64,000 nucleotides of DNA from Gammaproteobacteria bacterium. GTDB lineage: Bacteria; Pseudomonadota; Gammaproteobacteria; Burkholderiales; Burkholderiaceae_C. Of the stretch, positions 44,748 through 53,746 are shown one piece after another. The DNA is taken from assembly GCA_018820395.1 (NCBI GenBank), contig JAHJOG010000032.1, positions 15,276-79,275 on the forward strand, read 5' to 3'. How positions within the stretch are numbered: position 1 is the first letter of the stretch; each line of letters opens with the position of its first letter. The notes under the pieces are model-generated. The model did no database searches and had not been told where the DNA came from. It saw only the letters and a list, made by a program, of their open reading frames with translations. The position numbers and the translations under genes were made by a program.

Positions 44748-46145
44748 GTGACTTCCCACGACTTCACCACCGCGCCGAACGACGCCTACATAGCGGTCGG
44801 CGCCCATCCCCCGGGGCGGGGCTGGTTCGCCTTCGACGTGCTGATGCCCCGCGCCCGCAAGGGCGAGGCCAGGCTCTTCGCCATGACGCTGTGGAACTCC
44901 CACGCCGAGGGCCGGGACGAGGTCCGCCCGATCCGCAGAGACATCGCGTCTGGGGATTACTGGTACCGCGTGCCCCGCACTCGGGACGGCGCCAATCCGC
45001 TGAAACGGAAGGCCTTGTGGAACGGCATCGATCTCGCGCTCAAATTCGGCTTGCCCAAGGTCGCCATCCTCAAGGACCGCGTGAGCGGGCAGTGTTCGCT
45101 GGACTACGTCTTCGACATCGTCGACGTCCGGTACGAAGAAGACGGTTCCGCCTTCTGGCTGAAGCTGGGCACGAGAGGTGGCGACATCGGCACCGACGTC
45201 GAGCCGATGGATCTCGACCATTTGGGCGGCTTGCCCGAACGCGATCCTCTGTCTGGCCCGGCAGCGCCCGGCGCCGATAGCCGGAAAGACCCGCTATCCA
45301 CAGACCAACTCGAAGCGGCTTGCGAATTGGCAAGGCAGGTATACGAAGGCGCCATGCCTGCGCCCGACGCCATGGCCCAGCTGCACGAGGAGCAGGATAT
45401 CAAGGAGCGTACCGCGGGCGTTCTCCTGAATAACTACTGGTGCCTCGCGACCGGCACCGAGATCCGCTCGCCAATGAGCGCTGAAGGGTTGGCCATCTTC
45501 GCCGACAACGTGATTGCGATCGAAGGCACGAGTGCGTTGCCCAGGGTCATCAACGCTATCGGTGGCTTCATCTCCTACGCTAGCGGCCAGTGGAAATACG
45601 AGGCCCATGGCATCCGTGAGCTGCTCGACCGGCTCCAGGCGGATGTGGCGCTGAGCGCGAAGCTGGATGTGATCGAGACGGCGTTCGCCGAAGAGGACGC
45701 CGACTACAGGCACGATGGGACGTCGTCGACCGTGCGAAGGGAGGCATGGGCGCGCGGACCGCAGCATGCCGCTTTCAGGCGCCAGCTGGTCCGGCGGTGG
45801 CAGGACGCATGTTCGGTCCACGGCGTAGCCTGTAACGGCCAGCTTGTAGCTTCGCACATTGTGGCTTGGAGCCTCGACGAATCGCTGCGCGGCGATCCGG
45901 ACAACGGGCTGCTACTCTCCGTTCCGCTCGACAGCCTGTTCGACCGCGGGCTCATATCTTTCGACGACGACGGTGTGCTGGTTAGGTCGCGCGTACTCGA
46001 GGCCAGGACAGCCGAGCATTTCGGCATCGTGACCAGCTTGCGCTTGGACTGGGATCGCATCACCCGCCGCGCCCGGGACAGGGTTGTGACCAACCTAAGA
46101 AGACATCGAGAGCGTCATTCGGCCACTCACGGCTACGCTGTCTAG
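44748..46145 (+). CDS. HNH endonuclease (HNH_2 / restriction-type) with a large unknown N-terminal region. Start uncertain.
   Basis: C-terminal 'CSVHGVACNGQLVASHIVAWSLDESLRGDPDNGLLLSVPLDSLFDRGLISFDDDGVL' matches the pattern of stand-alone HNH (PF13391-type) nucleases. The ORF is open from 44601. GTG 44748 was chosen without RBS support. Confidence 0.7.
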   Translation: MTSHDFTTAPNDAYIAVGAHPPGRGWFAFDVLMPRARKGEARLFAMTLWNSHAEGRDEVRPIRRDIASGDYWYRVPRTRDGANPLKRKALWNGIDLALKFGLPKVAILKDRVSGQCSLDYVFDIVDVRYEEDGSAFWLKLGTRGGDIGTDVEPMDLDHLGGLPERDPLSGPAAPGADSRKDPLSTDQLEAACELARQVYEGAMPAPDAMAQLHEEQDIKERTAGVLLNNYWCLATGTEIRSPMSAEGLAIFADNVIAIEGTSALPRVINAIGGFISYASGQWKYEAHGIRELLDRLQADVALSAKLDVIETAFAEEDADYRHDGTSSTVRREAWARGPQHAAFRRQLVRRWQDACSVHGVACNGQLVASHIVAWSLDESLRGDPDNGLLLSVPLDSLFDRGLISFDDDGVLVRSRVLEARTAEHFGIVTSLRLDWDRITRRARDRVVTNLRRHRERHSATHGYAV

Positions 46146-46772
46146 GGCCGGCCCTCGCGACAAGGACCCACACCAGTCCACCGATTCATTCACGCTTGCC
46201 GAACGACCCCCGCATGTCGATCAAGCATCTGCAGCCTCCCCCGCCCGGCTAGTGCCGCGCGTTTGTTTCTGCTCGGTTGCCCGGGCGTACGGGGCGTATC
46301 GCTTCGGAATTCAAAGCGAAATATGGTCCACCGCGGCGCTCCGTCGCGAGCTCCCGTTGCCGGGTGACAACGCGAATGTCAGCTCTAGGTCGACTTACGT
46401 ACGGCAATCCGGATACGGTTATTGGCCAAGAGCCATTCATGCGAAAGAGCCGACCGACGTCAACCGCTGCATTTCGAACAATGGCGGCCCATCGCGTGAG
46501 TGGCGGCTATTCAGCAAAACCTCCTGTTGGAAAGGCGGTCGTGACGGGCGGGACACGTGCAGAGCGGGAGCTAGAAAAACGCCCCGTTTTGCTAAAGCGT
46601 GCGATAGGCCCCTAGGTTCGCTGCTCCTTTCCGCCGCTCCTCCTCCAGCACCTGGACCAAGCGTTTGAAACGCTCGTACTCTCGCTGCTCGAGGCCACTT
46701 CGCTCTCCGCATGCACTGCTTCATTGAACGATCTTCAGTAAAGCATGGAATGGTGCGTCACCCGCAGTCGCT

Positions 46773-47639
46773 TCACTGGACCCTCTCATCCGGCCCAACA
46801 AACCAAAATTGGGGACCTCTCGCTTGAAGGCCTTCGTAGAGTCCGACATGTCGGTACCGAGCCAAAGGATCGAGGTAGTAGGCGTGTCCGGGCGTGTGGA
46901 AGCCATCTGGCATTGTGAATCTAAGACCGGCCGCGTTCAGAATTTCATCTTCAGTAATGGAAATTGTTGCGCGCAAGCAGAAGGTCCTCAACAGCTTCTC
47001 AATCTCGGCCGGGGGCGTGCCATGACCGACGCGTTTGACGAGAAGGTTGTAGATCACATTGTTGGGCACTACATGTTCATGCCTGAGGTTAGCCCTGCAG
47101 AAACCTTGATACTGCGCGCGACTGCCGATCTGTTGGGCATTGATCACAGTTGCAGCGGCGACAGATCTGAAATGTGCGCAGAGATGCCAGTGTGACGATT
47201 CGCTGGCTTGCCGAATCAACATGGCGACGGATGCCTTGAGCTTTGGATGCGCGAGCAGATCGTTCTGTGCCAGCGCAGCGATCGCTTGGGCGGTTACTTC
47301 GAAGCGATCGATTAGATTTTCTTCGTCAGCCTCCGCACCCATCTGCAAGACTGTTGCCGGATCCCGCTGGTTCCTCATGCCAGCGATGCGCCAATACCCT
47401 TCCGTTTGTGCGACGACTTCAAGTCGATGCTCGATGATGAGGTGCAGAATGTGCTGCCTCCAACTGGATCTTACCTCCGACATTTCCGCAGTCGTCGCAC
47501 CGGCCAAAAGGCGGCGATCCAATTCGCCCCCTAAAAAAGTGTGACGCAGCCAACTCGTTTCGGGGACCGCGCCGGTCTCGTCAAACTGTTGCACCAGCTC
47601 CATCGTCTTTTGCTCATCGCCGTCCATATATTTCGTCAA
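46773..47639 (-). CDS. Hypothetical 288-aa protein
   Basis: Clean ORF in a locally lower-GC stretch. 'CRANLRHEHVVPNNVIYNLL' could be a nuclease-type His motif, but no domain is recognised. Confidence 0.5.
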   Translation of the reverse strand: MTKYMDGDEQKTMELVQQFDETGAVPETSWLRHTFLGGELDRRLLAGATTAEMSEVRSSWRQHILHLIIEHRLEVVAQTEGYWRIAGMRNQRDPATVLQMGAEADEENLIDRFEVTAQAIAALAQNDLLAHPKLKASVAMLIRQASESSHWHLCAHFRSVAAATVINAQQIGSRAQYQGFCRANLRHEHVVPNNVIYNLLVKRVGHGTPPAEIEKLLRTFCLRATISITEDEILNAAGLRFTMPDGFHTPGHAYYLDPLARYRHVGLYEGLQARGPQFWFVGPDERVQ

Positions 47640-47711
47640 AACAGTTCCTTGCGAATCGAAGTTGGGACTTTTCCGCTGCTCCCGGCGACTGGCCCGATTG
47701 CATGCTTCACG

Positions 47712-48680
47712 TTACGGTCCTAGTAAACGCTTGGGTCGACGTAGTTCCAACGCGTCGCCAAAGCCGCGCAGCCACCAACGCAGCTGCTGTGACTCTACGA
47801 CGGTGGCCGTGAATTCAAAGCGACCGTCCGCAAGAATTCGGTGCTGCTGGTCGCGCGCGAGGGGCGACTCCGTGAGATGCAGGGCGGCTTCTTTGGGAAG
47901 CCGAAACGCCAGCGCAATGCGTCGACCGGCGCCGAAGCCGAAACGGCCTTCATCGTCGAAGCGCTGCAGGTCGAAATCCGTCGGGCGTAGGAAGGCCAGC
48001 CCGCTGTCGAGCGCCGAGTGGAGCCGGTGCAGCGCCAGCGAGCGATCGTCGTCATACCCTTCGAACCGGCAGACCAGGAAGAGCCTCGGCCCCTGCTGCG
48101 CCAAACCCAGCGGCATAACCCGACCCTGCGTGCGCTTGCCGGCCGCGTTGCCGTAGACGATGTCCAGCCAATGATCGGCATACAGCGAGTTGCTCACGGC
48201 TTCAAAAACTTCTGGCGCGACGCGCGGCGGCAGTAGCGGCTGTGTGGTCCCGACGACACGCACCTTGTCGAGCCAGTCCCGCGCGCGACCGCGCTGCTGG
48301 TGCGGCCCGAGCTGTATGCGGGCCTGCTCGAAGAATCCCTGCATCGATCGCATGAGACCCGCCGGCAGCAGGCTTCGAAGATGCTGCTCCGCCAGCGACA
48401 GCAGCACCGACTCCTGCTCGTTGAGGTGGGAGACCGAGAACGCCTGCGAGTGCGACTTCCATCGGTAGCCGTACGGCCGGCTGCGGTCGTCCCGCTCGAT
48501 GTCGAAGCGGGCGCTGAGCGTCTCGAGCAGCCGCTGGATGCTGCGGACGTCGCGCACGAATCCTGCTGCGCCGAGCTGCGCCTGCAGCTCGGGCGCTGAG
48601 ATCTTTCCGACACGAGGGATGCGCTTGAGCAGCTCAAGCGACATCGACAGCGTTTCCAGGTTGCTCGCGCGGGATGGCAT
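47712..48680 (-). CDS. HTH-WYL-WCX family transcriptional regulator
   Basis: N-terminal HTH 'LELLKRIPRVGKISAPELQAQLGAAGFVRDVRSIQRLLETL'. WYL-domain-like 'HWLDIVYGNAAGKRTQGRVMPLGLAQQGPRLFLVCRFEG'. C-terminal extension. Lies 12 nt downstream of the NERD-helicase gene. Confidence 0.8.
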   Translation of the reverse strand: MPSRASNLETLSMSLELLKRIPRVGKISAPELQAQLGAAGFVRDVRSIQRLLETLSARFDIERDDRSRPYGYRWKSHSQAFSVSHLNEQESVLLSLAEQHLRSLLPAGLMRSMQGFFEQARIQLGPHQQRGRARDWLDKVRVVGTTQPLLPPRVAPEVFEAVSNSLYADHWLDIVYGNAAGKRTQGRVMPLGLAQQGPRLFLVCRFEGYDDDRSLALHRLHSALDSGLAFLRPTDFDLQRFDDEGRFGFGAGRRIALAFRLPKEAALHLTESPLARDQQHRILADGRFEFTATVVESQQLRWWLRGFGDALELRRPKRLLGP

Positions 48681-48692
48681 CGTCTTTTCCCT

Positions 48693-50354
48693 TCAGGACG
48701 CGGCGGCGATAGGCTCAGCCGCGAGCAGCAGCCGGGCCGCAAGCGCCTGCTCTGCAGCCGAGGACATGACCAGGTGCAACCGAGACTGGGCGCGCGTCAT
48801 GGCCACGAACAGCAAGCGTGCTCGCTGCTCGTCGAGCACGTCGAAATCCATCTCGCAAACAATGACGACCGGTGCCGACTGCCCCTTAAACCGATAGATC
48901 GACTCTGCAAGCAATTCACCATTCGACCACAGCGGCGCCTCCGCGCTGTCGAAGTGACCGGTGAAACGCGTCAGCTGCCACGGCCCGAGCGTGTCGCGTT
49001 GCAGTAATGCAGACCGCCGCCGTCCCGCGAAGCTCACGATGGCGATGTCGGCCAATGTATGACCTTGCTGCAACAGCGTTGCCACGATGCGCTCGACCTG
49101 GCGCAGCCCACCCGCATCGTCTGGAGCGTGCACGTGCAGGTCGGGTAGTTCGCCCGTGTCGGGCCCTCGCGCCACCACGGGCACCGGCGTGAGGCCCAGC
49201 AGGTTGATCGTTTCAACGATGCGTTGCGGGCTGCGGAAATTGTCGTGGCAGTCGATGCAGGTCGCGTCGGCCAGTTCGAACGACGCCTTTCTGTAGATGG
49301 CTTGGGATGCATCACCCAGCACGTAGAGCCGCCCACCCGGCTTGAGGCGCGGCCAGAGTGCCTCGACCCACTCGCCATCGAGATCCTGCGACTCGTCGAT
49401 GATCAGTAGGTCAAGCGTCGGTGCGACGTCGACGTTTGCTGCGACCAACGCGTCAAAGCCACGTCGAAACACCGTGGCGTCGTTGCCGAAGTCGGGCCTC
49501 TCGCCGGTTGCGCGCAATGCGGCAATGCCAAGCTCGTCCACAGTGGCGACTTCCGCGCGCACCGGGGCCAGGCGGGCGATGTGATCGGCCAGCGGCCGGT
49601 TGAAGCACACGTAGCGGGCGTGCTCGCGACGGCTATCAGCGTCCTTGAGCAGTGCCAGCGCCAGCTGCGTCTTGCCCGATCCCGCGGTCGCTTGGACCAC
49701 GTAGATGCCGGAGGGCGAATGCACGCGGGGCACCCAGGTCGCTAGGCCCTCGGAGAGCCGACGGGTGACGGCTTGGCGCTGCCCCTGGCGGCAGGCTGCA
49801 TCGGCCACGACGGCAAAGCGATTGGTCAGGAAGTCGTGCAGGCGATCGAGCGCTTCGCTTGCAATCGGAGTGTGGACGCAGGCGCCTGCCAGCAGCCCGC
49901 CGATCTGGTCGAGCTGGCTCGCGTCGATGATGCGCTCGCGCGGGTAGCCGATGGTGCCCTGCCCTACCCTGAAATCGGGCAGCAGCAGGAAATGGGAGAC
50001 GCGGACCTCGCCGAGATCCGCATCGCGCAGGCGCCCAATCAAGCCCTGCCATTGTCCGTGGGCTTGGTGCGCAAGGTTCTTTTCCTTCCCACCGTAGCGC
50101 TTGAAGATCCCGCGTTCAGAGAGATCGACCTCGCCAGCCTTGACCTCGAGTACCGCCAAGTGTCCGGACGGGAACACCGCGACAGCATCGAGTTCGCCGT
50201 AGCGCTGCATCGCCCCATAAACGCTCGACATGGACACGCCGTGGTAGATCCGGCAAGCGGCCGGAAGTGCCTGCGCGAGCAGTGCCAGCATCTCATTTTC
50301 ACGGTACTGTCCCGCGTCCAGCGCGCGGCGAATCCCAGGGTGCAGTTCGGCCAT
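48693..50354 (-). CDS. NERD-domain nuclease fused to a UvrD-like SF1 helicase (Nhi-like architecture)
   Basis: NERD: 'YHGVSMSS...YGELDAVAVFPSGHLAVLEVKAGEV'. Helicase: 'YVVQATAGSGKTQLALALL', 'LLIIDESQDLDG', 'LYVLGDASQAIY', 'YRFKGQSAPVVIVCEMDF' and 'LLFVAMTRAQSRLHLV'. Confidence 0.85.
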   Translation of the reverse strand: MAELHPGIRRALDAGQYRENEMLALLAQALPAACRIYHGVSMSSVYGAMQRYGELDAVAVFPSGHLAVLEVKAGEVDLSERGIFKRYGGKEKNLAHQAHGQWQGLIGRLRDADLGEVRVSHFLLLPDFRVGQGTIGYPRERIIDASQLDQIGGLLAGACVHTPIASEALDRLHDFLTNRFAVVADAACRQGQRQAVTRRLSEGLATWVPRVHSPSGIYVVQATAGSGKTQLALALLKDADSRREHARYVCFNRPLADHIARLAPVRAEVATVDELGIAALRATGERPDFGNDATVFRRGFDALVAANVDVAPTLDLLIIDESQDLDGEWVEALWPRLKPGGRLYVLGDASQAIYRKASFELADATCIDCHDNFRSPQRIVETINLLGLTPVPVVARGPDTGELPDLHVHAPDDAGGLRQVERIVATLLQQGHTLADIAIVSFAGRRRSALLQRDTLGPWQLTRFTGHFDSAEAPLWSNGELLAESIYRFKGQSAPVVIVCEMDFDVLDEQRARLLFVAMTRAQSRLHLVMSSAAEQALAARLLLAAEPIAAAS

Positions 50355-50388
50355 GCGGCACTCTAATGCCGGCTCGCGCGGCGCCTGA

Positions 50389-50428
50389 TCGCTCGCTTTC
50401 GCAAAGCGTGCAAAACGCCCGCGAGCGA
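50389..50428. promoter_or_regulatory. Inverted repeat in the divergent promoter region between the NERD-helicase and tandem-AAA+ genes
   Basis: TCGCTCGC (50389-50396) and GCGAGCGA (50421-50428) are perfect 8-bp inverted arms separated by 24 nt. AAGGAG at 50468-50473 precedes TTG 50479. Confidence 0.25.
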
Positions 50429-50478
50429 CACATTTTGTCGCCTCGGCTGGGACACTGGAGATCTTCCAAGGAGATCCA

Positions 50479-52770
50479 TTGCCCCGTCAGAACATCGTTT
50501 GGTCGCCGAGCCAACGCAATCTCGCCAGTGTCGTCAACAGCCGGGTTTGCCTTGCCATCCTGCGCATCTTTCGCGAGGTGCGATTGGGCGTCGAACGCCA
50601 TGCATTCGACGTCATCGTGCGGCCACTGTGGCCGGCGCTGCGCCTGGAGCAACGCGCCATGCAGGCAGCGCTCGCGTCCAGTGTGGGGACGGCACTGATC
50701 ACCGCGCCGCGCATCGCGATCCTGCCCGACAGCAGCGCCGAGGAGGCCGAGACCGAGATGCCGGCGTGGCTCGCGGCGATGAGTGAACCGCGCGCGGTGC
50801 TGCCGCTGGACCCGCCTGACAGCGATGCCTTCCTTAAGGTGCTGGGCTCCGCGTTGGTCAATGACCGAGCGGACTTTCGGGCCTTCTTCGACGCCGCCGA
50901 GCAGCGCTTGGAGCGCCGCGCTGCGCAGCCGTTGGCCCTGGACCGCAACATCGACTGGCTCGGCACCCTTCTTGGCCTGAGCGAACTCGAGAAGCGCGTG
51001 CTCGCGCTGTGCGCCGCGCTTGAACTCGGGAGCATCACCCGCGATATCCTGACCTGCGTCGGGCGGACCGTGCGTCGGATCCGCGCGCTGGGCGCCGCCT
51101 GCCGCAGCACCGACGATCACGATCTGGCCGCCGTCGTGGGGCGCCAGGGAACCCTGCAGCACAGCGGTCTGCTGCGTCCGGGCGATCGGTCAGACAGCGA
51201 CCTGGACGATCTGCTGCGCCTGTCGCGCCTCGGCTCGCTGCTCACGACGACGCGGTTCGAATCGATCGAAGCCATGGCACGCGTCGTCCTCAAGTCACTG
51301 CCAGCGGCGCGCGACTCGTTGCACTGGCCGCATCTTGCAGATCGCACCGGCCTTCTTGCGGACATGCTGCGCAACACCGTTCGCAACGGCGAGGTCGGCA
51401 TCAACATCCTGCTGTACGGCGCACCGGGCACAGGCAAGACCGAATACGCGCGCCAGCTGGTGCGCCGAGCGGGCGCATTGGGATTCGGGATCGACGAGTG
51501 CGACAATCGGCAGCGCGCCGCGTCGCGCGACGAGCGCCTGGGCAGTCTGCGACTGAGTGACATCTTTGCGCCGGTCGGCAGGAGCGTGTTGGTGCTCGAT
51601 GAGGCGGAGGACATCTTCCGTAGTGACTACACCAGCCCGTTGCAACGTGTGATGGGAGCCCAGGAGGACAGCAAGGCCTGGATGAACCAGCGCCTCGAAT
51701 CGAACCGCGTCCCCGTCATCTGGATCAGCAACCAGATCGAGCACATTGACCCGGCCTACCTCCGGCGCTTTACCTACTGCCTCGAGTTTCCTGTGCCGCC
51801 TCGCGAACAACGCCGCGACATCGCTCGAACGCACCTGGCGCCAATCGGGGCGTCGGACCGCCTTATCGAGGAGGCCGCAGCCCATGCGACGCTGCCGGCG
51901 GCGCTGCTTGCCTCGGCAGCCCGCTTTGCGACGCTGAGCGGCGCGGGCGCTGAACGCGTCGACGGCGCGGTCCGACTGATGCTGGCCGACCAGCTTAAGG
52001 CCATGGGCCAGCCATTCAGGCACTCGGTGGTCGACTGTTCGACGCGATTCGATCTTGCCTATCTCCACGTCGCGGGCAGCGTACAACCTGCGCCGATGAT
52101 CAGTGGGCTCGCGCGAATAGGGCGCGGCAGCGTGCTGCTGGCGGGGCCGCCGGGTACCGGCAAGACCCAGTTGGCGTCGCGGATTGCGCGCGAATTGGGC
52201 CGCGACCTGGTCTACCGCACGGCCGCAGACATCAATTCGAACTGGTATGGAGAGAGCGAGCGCAATGTGGCCGAACTATTTACGCAATGCGATCCCCGAG
52301 GCGAAGTGCTCTTCCTGGACGAGGCTGACACGTTGCTCGGCGATCGCGGCACGACCACGCACCGAGCCGACCGAGCTGTCACGGCGGAGTTCCTGCGTCG
52401 CGTCGAGGCGTTCGACGGCGTCTTCATTTGCGCCACCAACCATGCGAGCGCATTCGACGCGGCACTCATGCGTCGGTTCGTCTTCCGGCTTGAACTCCTG
52501 CCGCTCACCGCGGTGCAGCGCGAGGCGCTGTTCCGGGAATGCATCGGCGCCGCGGGAGGCGGTGCGGCGATCGATGACAGCCCGCTTCAAGATATGCCGC
52601 GAGGCAGGCTGCAGCAACTTGATCGGTTGACGCCAGGCGACTTTGCTAACGTCGGCAAGCGCTTTGCCGCGCTGGGTCTCGCCGGAGGCGTGGACGCCTG
52701 GATCACCGAGCTCGAGGCGGAACATCGCGCCAAGCCCAACAGCGCCCGCAGCGCCATCGGCTTCCTGTGA
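50479..52770 (+). CDS. Tandem (two-module) AAA+ ATPase
   Basis: TTG start 5 nt after AAGGAG. D1: 'ILLYGAPGTGKTEYARQL', 'VLVLDEAEDIF', 'ISNQIEHIDPAYLRRFTYCLEF'. D2: 'VLLAGPPGTGKTQLASRIA', 'VLFLDEADTLLGDR', 'ICATNHASAFDAALMRRFVFRLEL'. Confidence 0.85.
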   Translation: MPRQNIVWSPSQRNLASVVNSRVCLAILRIFREVRLGVERHAFDVIVRPLWPALRLEQRAMQAALASSVGTALITAPRIAILPDSSAEEAETEMPAWLAAMSEPRAVLPLDPPDSDAFLKVLGSALVNDRADFRAFFDAAEQRLERRAAQPLALDRNIDWLGTLLGLSELEKRVLALCAALELGSITRDILTCVGRTVRRIRALGAACRSTDDHDLAAVVGRQGTLQHSGLLRPGDRSDSDLDDLLRLSRLGSLLTTTRFESIEAMARVVLKSLPAARDSLHWPHLADRTGLLADMLRNTVRNGEVGINILLYGAPGTGKTEYARQLVRRAGALGFGIDECDNRQRAASRDERLGSLRLSDIFAPVGRSVLVLDEAEDIFRSDYTSPLQRVMGAQEDSKAWMNQRLESNRVPVIWISNQIEHIDPAYLRRFTYCLEFPVPPREQRRDIARTHLAPIGASDRLIEEAAAHATLPAALLASAARFATLSGAGAERVDGAVRLMLADQLKAMGQPFRHSVVDCSTRFDLAYLHVAGSVQPAPMISGLARIGRGSVLLAGPPGTGKTQLASRIARELGRDLVYRTAADINSNWYGESERNVAELFTQCDPRGEVLFLDEADTLLGDRGTTTHRADRAVTAEFLRRVEAFDGVFICATNHASAFDAALMRRFVFRLELLPLTAVQREALFRECIGAAGGGAAIDDSPLQDMPRGRLQQLDRLTPGDFANVGKRFAALGLAGGVDAWITELEAEHRAKPNSARSAIGFL

Positions 52771-52815
52771 CCTGAGGCACGATTTCAGCCGCTCGTACCA
52801 CTGCAAGCCAATACT

Positions 52816-53271
52816 ATGAAGATCGAAGTCATGATCGGCGAGATCGCCAGGTTGGCGGACGCGCAGGCCTTAATCAACTCGGACAATGCCCGAATGCGGT
52901 TCGGGCCGGGCATTGCCGGCGAGATTCACACCGCAGCGGGCCCGGCGCTGGAGGCGTTCTGCGCACCGCTTGCTCCGCTGGGGCTGAGCGCGGCCGTAAT
53001 CACGCCGAGCTTCCAGCTCGCCCCCCATCCGTGGGGCGTGGACGTGCGCGCACCGCACTACCTGCATGACGACGAACTTAAGACCCACTACGCGTGCGCC
53101 ATCCGCTCAATGATGGACGTGTTGCACGCACATCGCATTGAATCCGTCGCGGTGCCCGCGATCGGCGCCGGCGTGTTTCGCTTCCCGCTTGTCCTGGTCG
53201 CATCGATCATGGCCCGGGTCGTGCGGGAATCCGTCCTTTACGGCAGCGCTCGTTGCGCGTCTGCGTCGTGA
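52816..53271 (+). CDS. Macro-domain protein. The reading frame probably continues to 53339 after a frameshift.
   Basis: 'IGEIARLADAQALINSDNARMRFGPGIAGEIHTAAGPALEAFC...AAVITPSFQL...RIESVAVPAIGAGVFRFP' matches the macro (ADP-ribose binding/hydrolase) pattern. A macro-like final strand, 'LRVCVVNAPMWAVFQDEFDEL', lies in the -1 frame. Confidence 0.75.
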   Translation: MKIEVMIGEIARLADAQALINSDNARMRFGPGIAGEIHTAAGPALEAFCAPLAPLGLSAAVITPSFQLAPHPWGVDVRAPHYLHDDELKTHYACAIRSMMDVLHAHRIESVAVPAIGAGVFRFPLVLVASIMARVVRESVLYGSARCASAS

Positions 53272-53335
53272 ATGCGCCAATGTGGGCGGTCTTCCAGGAC
53301 GAGTTTGACGAGCTCGGAGCCGCCGGAGGTGGCAC

Positions 53336-53746
53336 ATGAGTTCAGATGGCGGCTCACCGGCGGATCCGCCCATCGTCACGCATGTGGCGTTTCTGCTCCG
53401 GGGCTCGGAGGGGCCAGCTTGGGACGAGGAGGACATATCGGCAGCCCTGCGCGGTGGCGCAGCCATTCGCCACGCGCGCTGCGCGTGCGGCGGCAACTTG
53501 CGCGACGCGTTTGCGGATGCGCTCGAGGCCTGCGGACTACTAGAAGGACAAAGGGTCCGTGGGGCCGTGGCGTTGCTTCAAGTCGCGATGTCAGCTTCCA
53601 TTCATCGCAGCCATCGGGAGTTCATAGGGGCCATGATCGATCGGTTCGGAACCCAGGCAAATTGTTTGGCCGTGGTGCGGCGGGTCGTCGCCTCGGATTC
53701 GGCGCCGATCCTCGATCTTTGGCTTTCCGTGGAGGAGAAGTCATGA
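53336..53746 (+). CDS. Hypothetical 136-aa protein
   Basis: The ATG at 53336 forms ATGA with the stop of the shifted macro frame. No domain recognised. The alternative 184-aa ORF (53272..53826) is Arg-rich and less protein-like. Confidence 0.4.
   Translation: MSSDGGSPADPPIVTHVAFLLRGSEGPAWDEEDISAALRGGAAIRHARCACGGNLRDAFADALEACGLLEGQRVRGAVALLQVAMSASIHRSHREFIGAMIDRFGTQANCLAVVRRVVASDSAPILDLWLSVEEKS

Noticed and set aside
44390-45280. 296-aa plus-strand ORF overlapping the 5' part of the HNH gene
   Set aside because: Extremely Arg-rich ('RRRIRRARRI...') and out of frame with the ORF that carries the HNH motif, so it is judged spurious.
46145-46154. GGGCCGGCCC after the HNH gene (and GGCCCGGGCC at 61870-61879), considered as terminators
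   Set aside because: They are perfect palindromes but have no loop and no downstream T-tract, so they are not convincing intrinsic terminators.
51254-51263. GGTTCGAATC, a tRNA T-loop-like string
   Set aside because: It lies inside the tandem-AAA+ coding frame ('TTRFESIEA'), and the flanking bases cannot form a T-arm or acceptor stem. No tRNA was recognised anywhere in the window.
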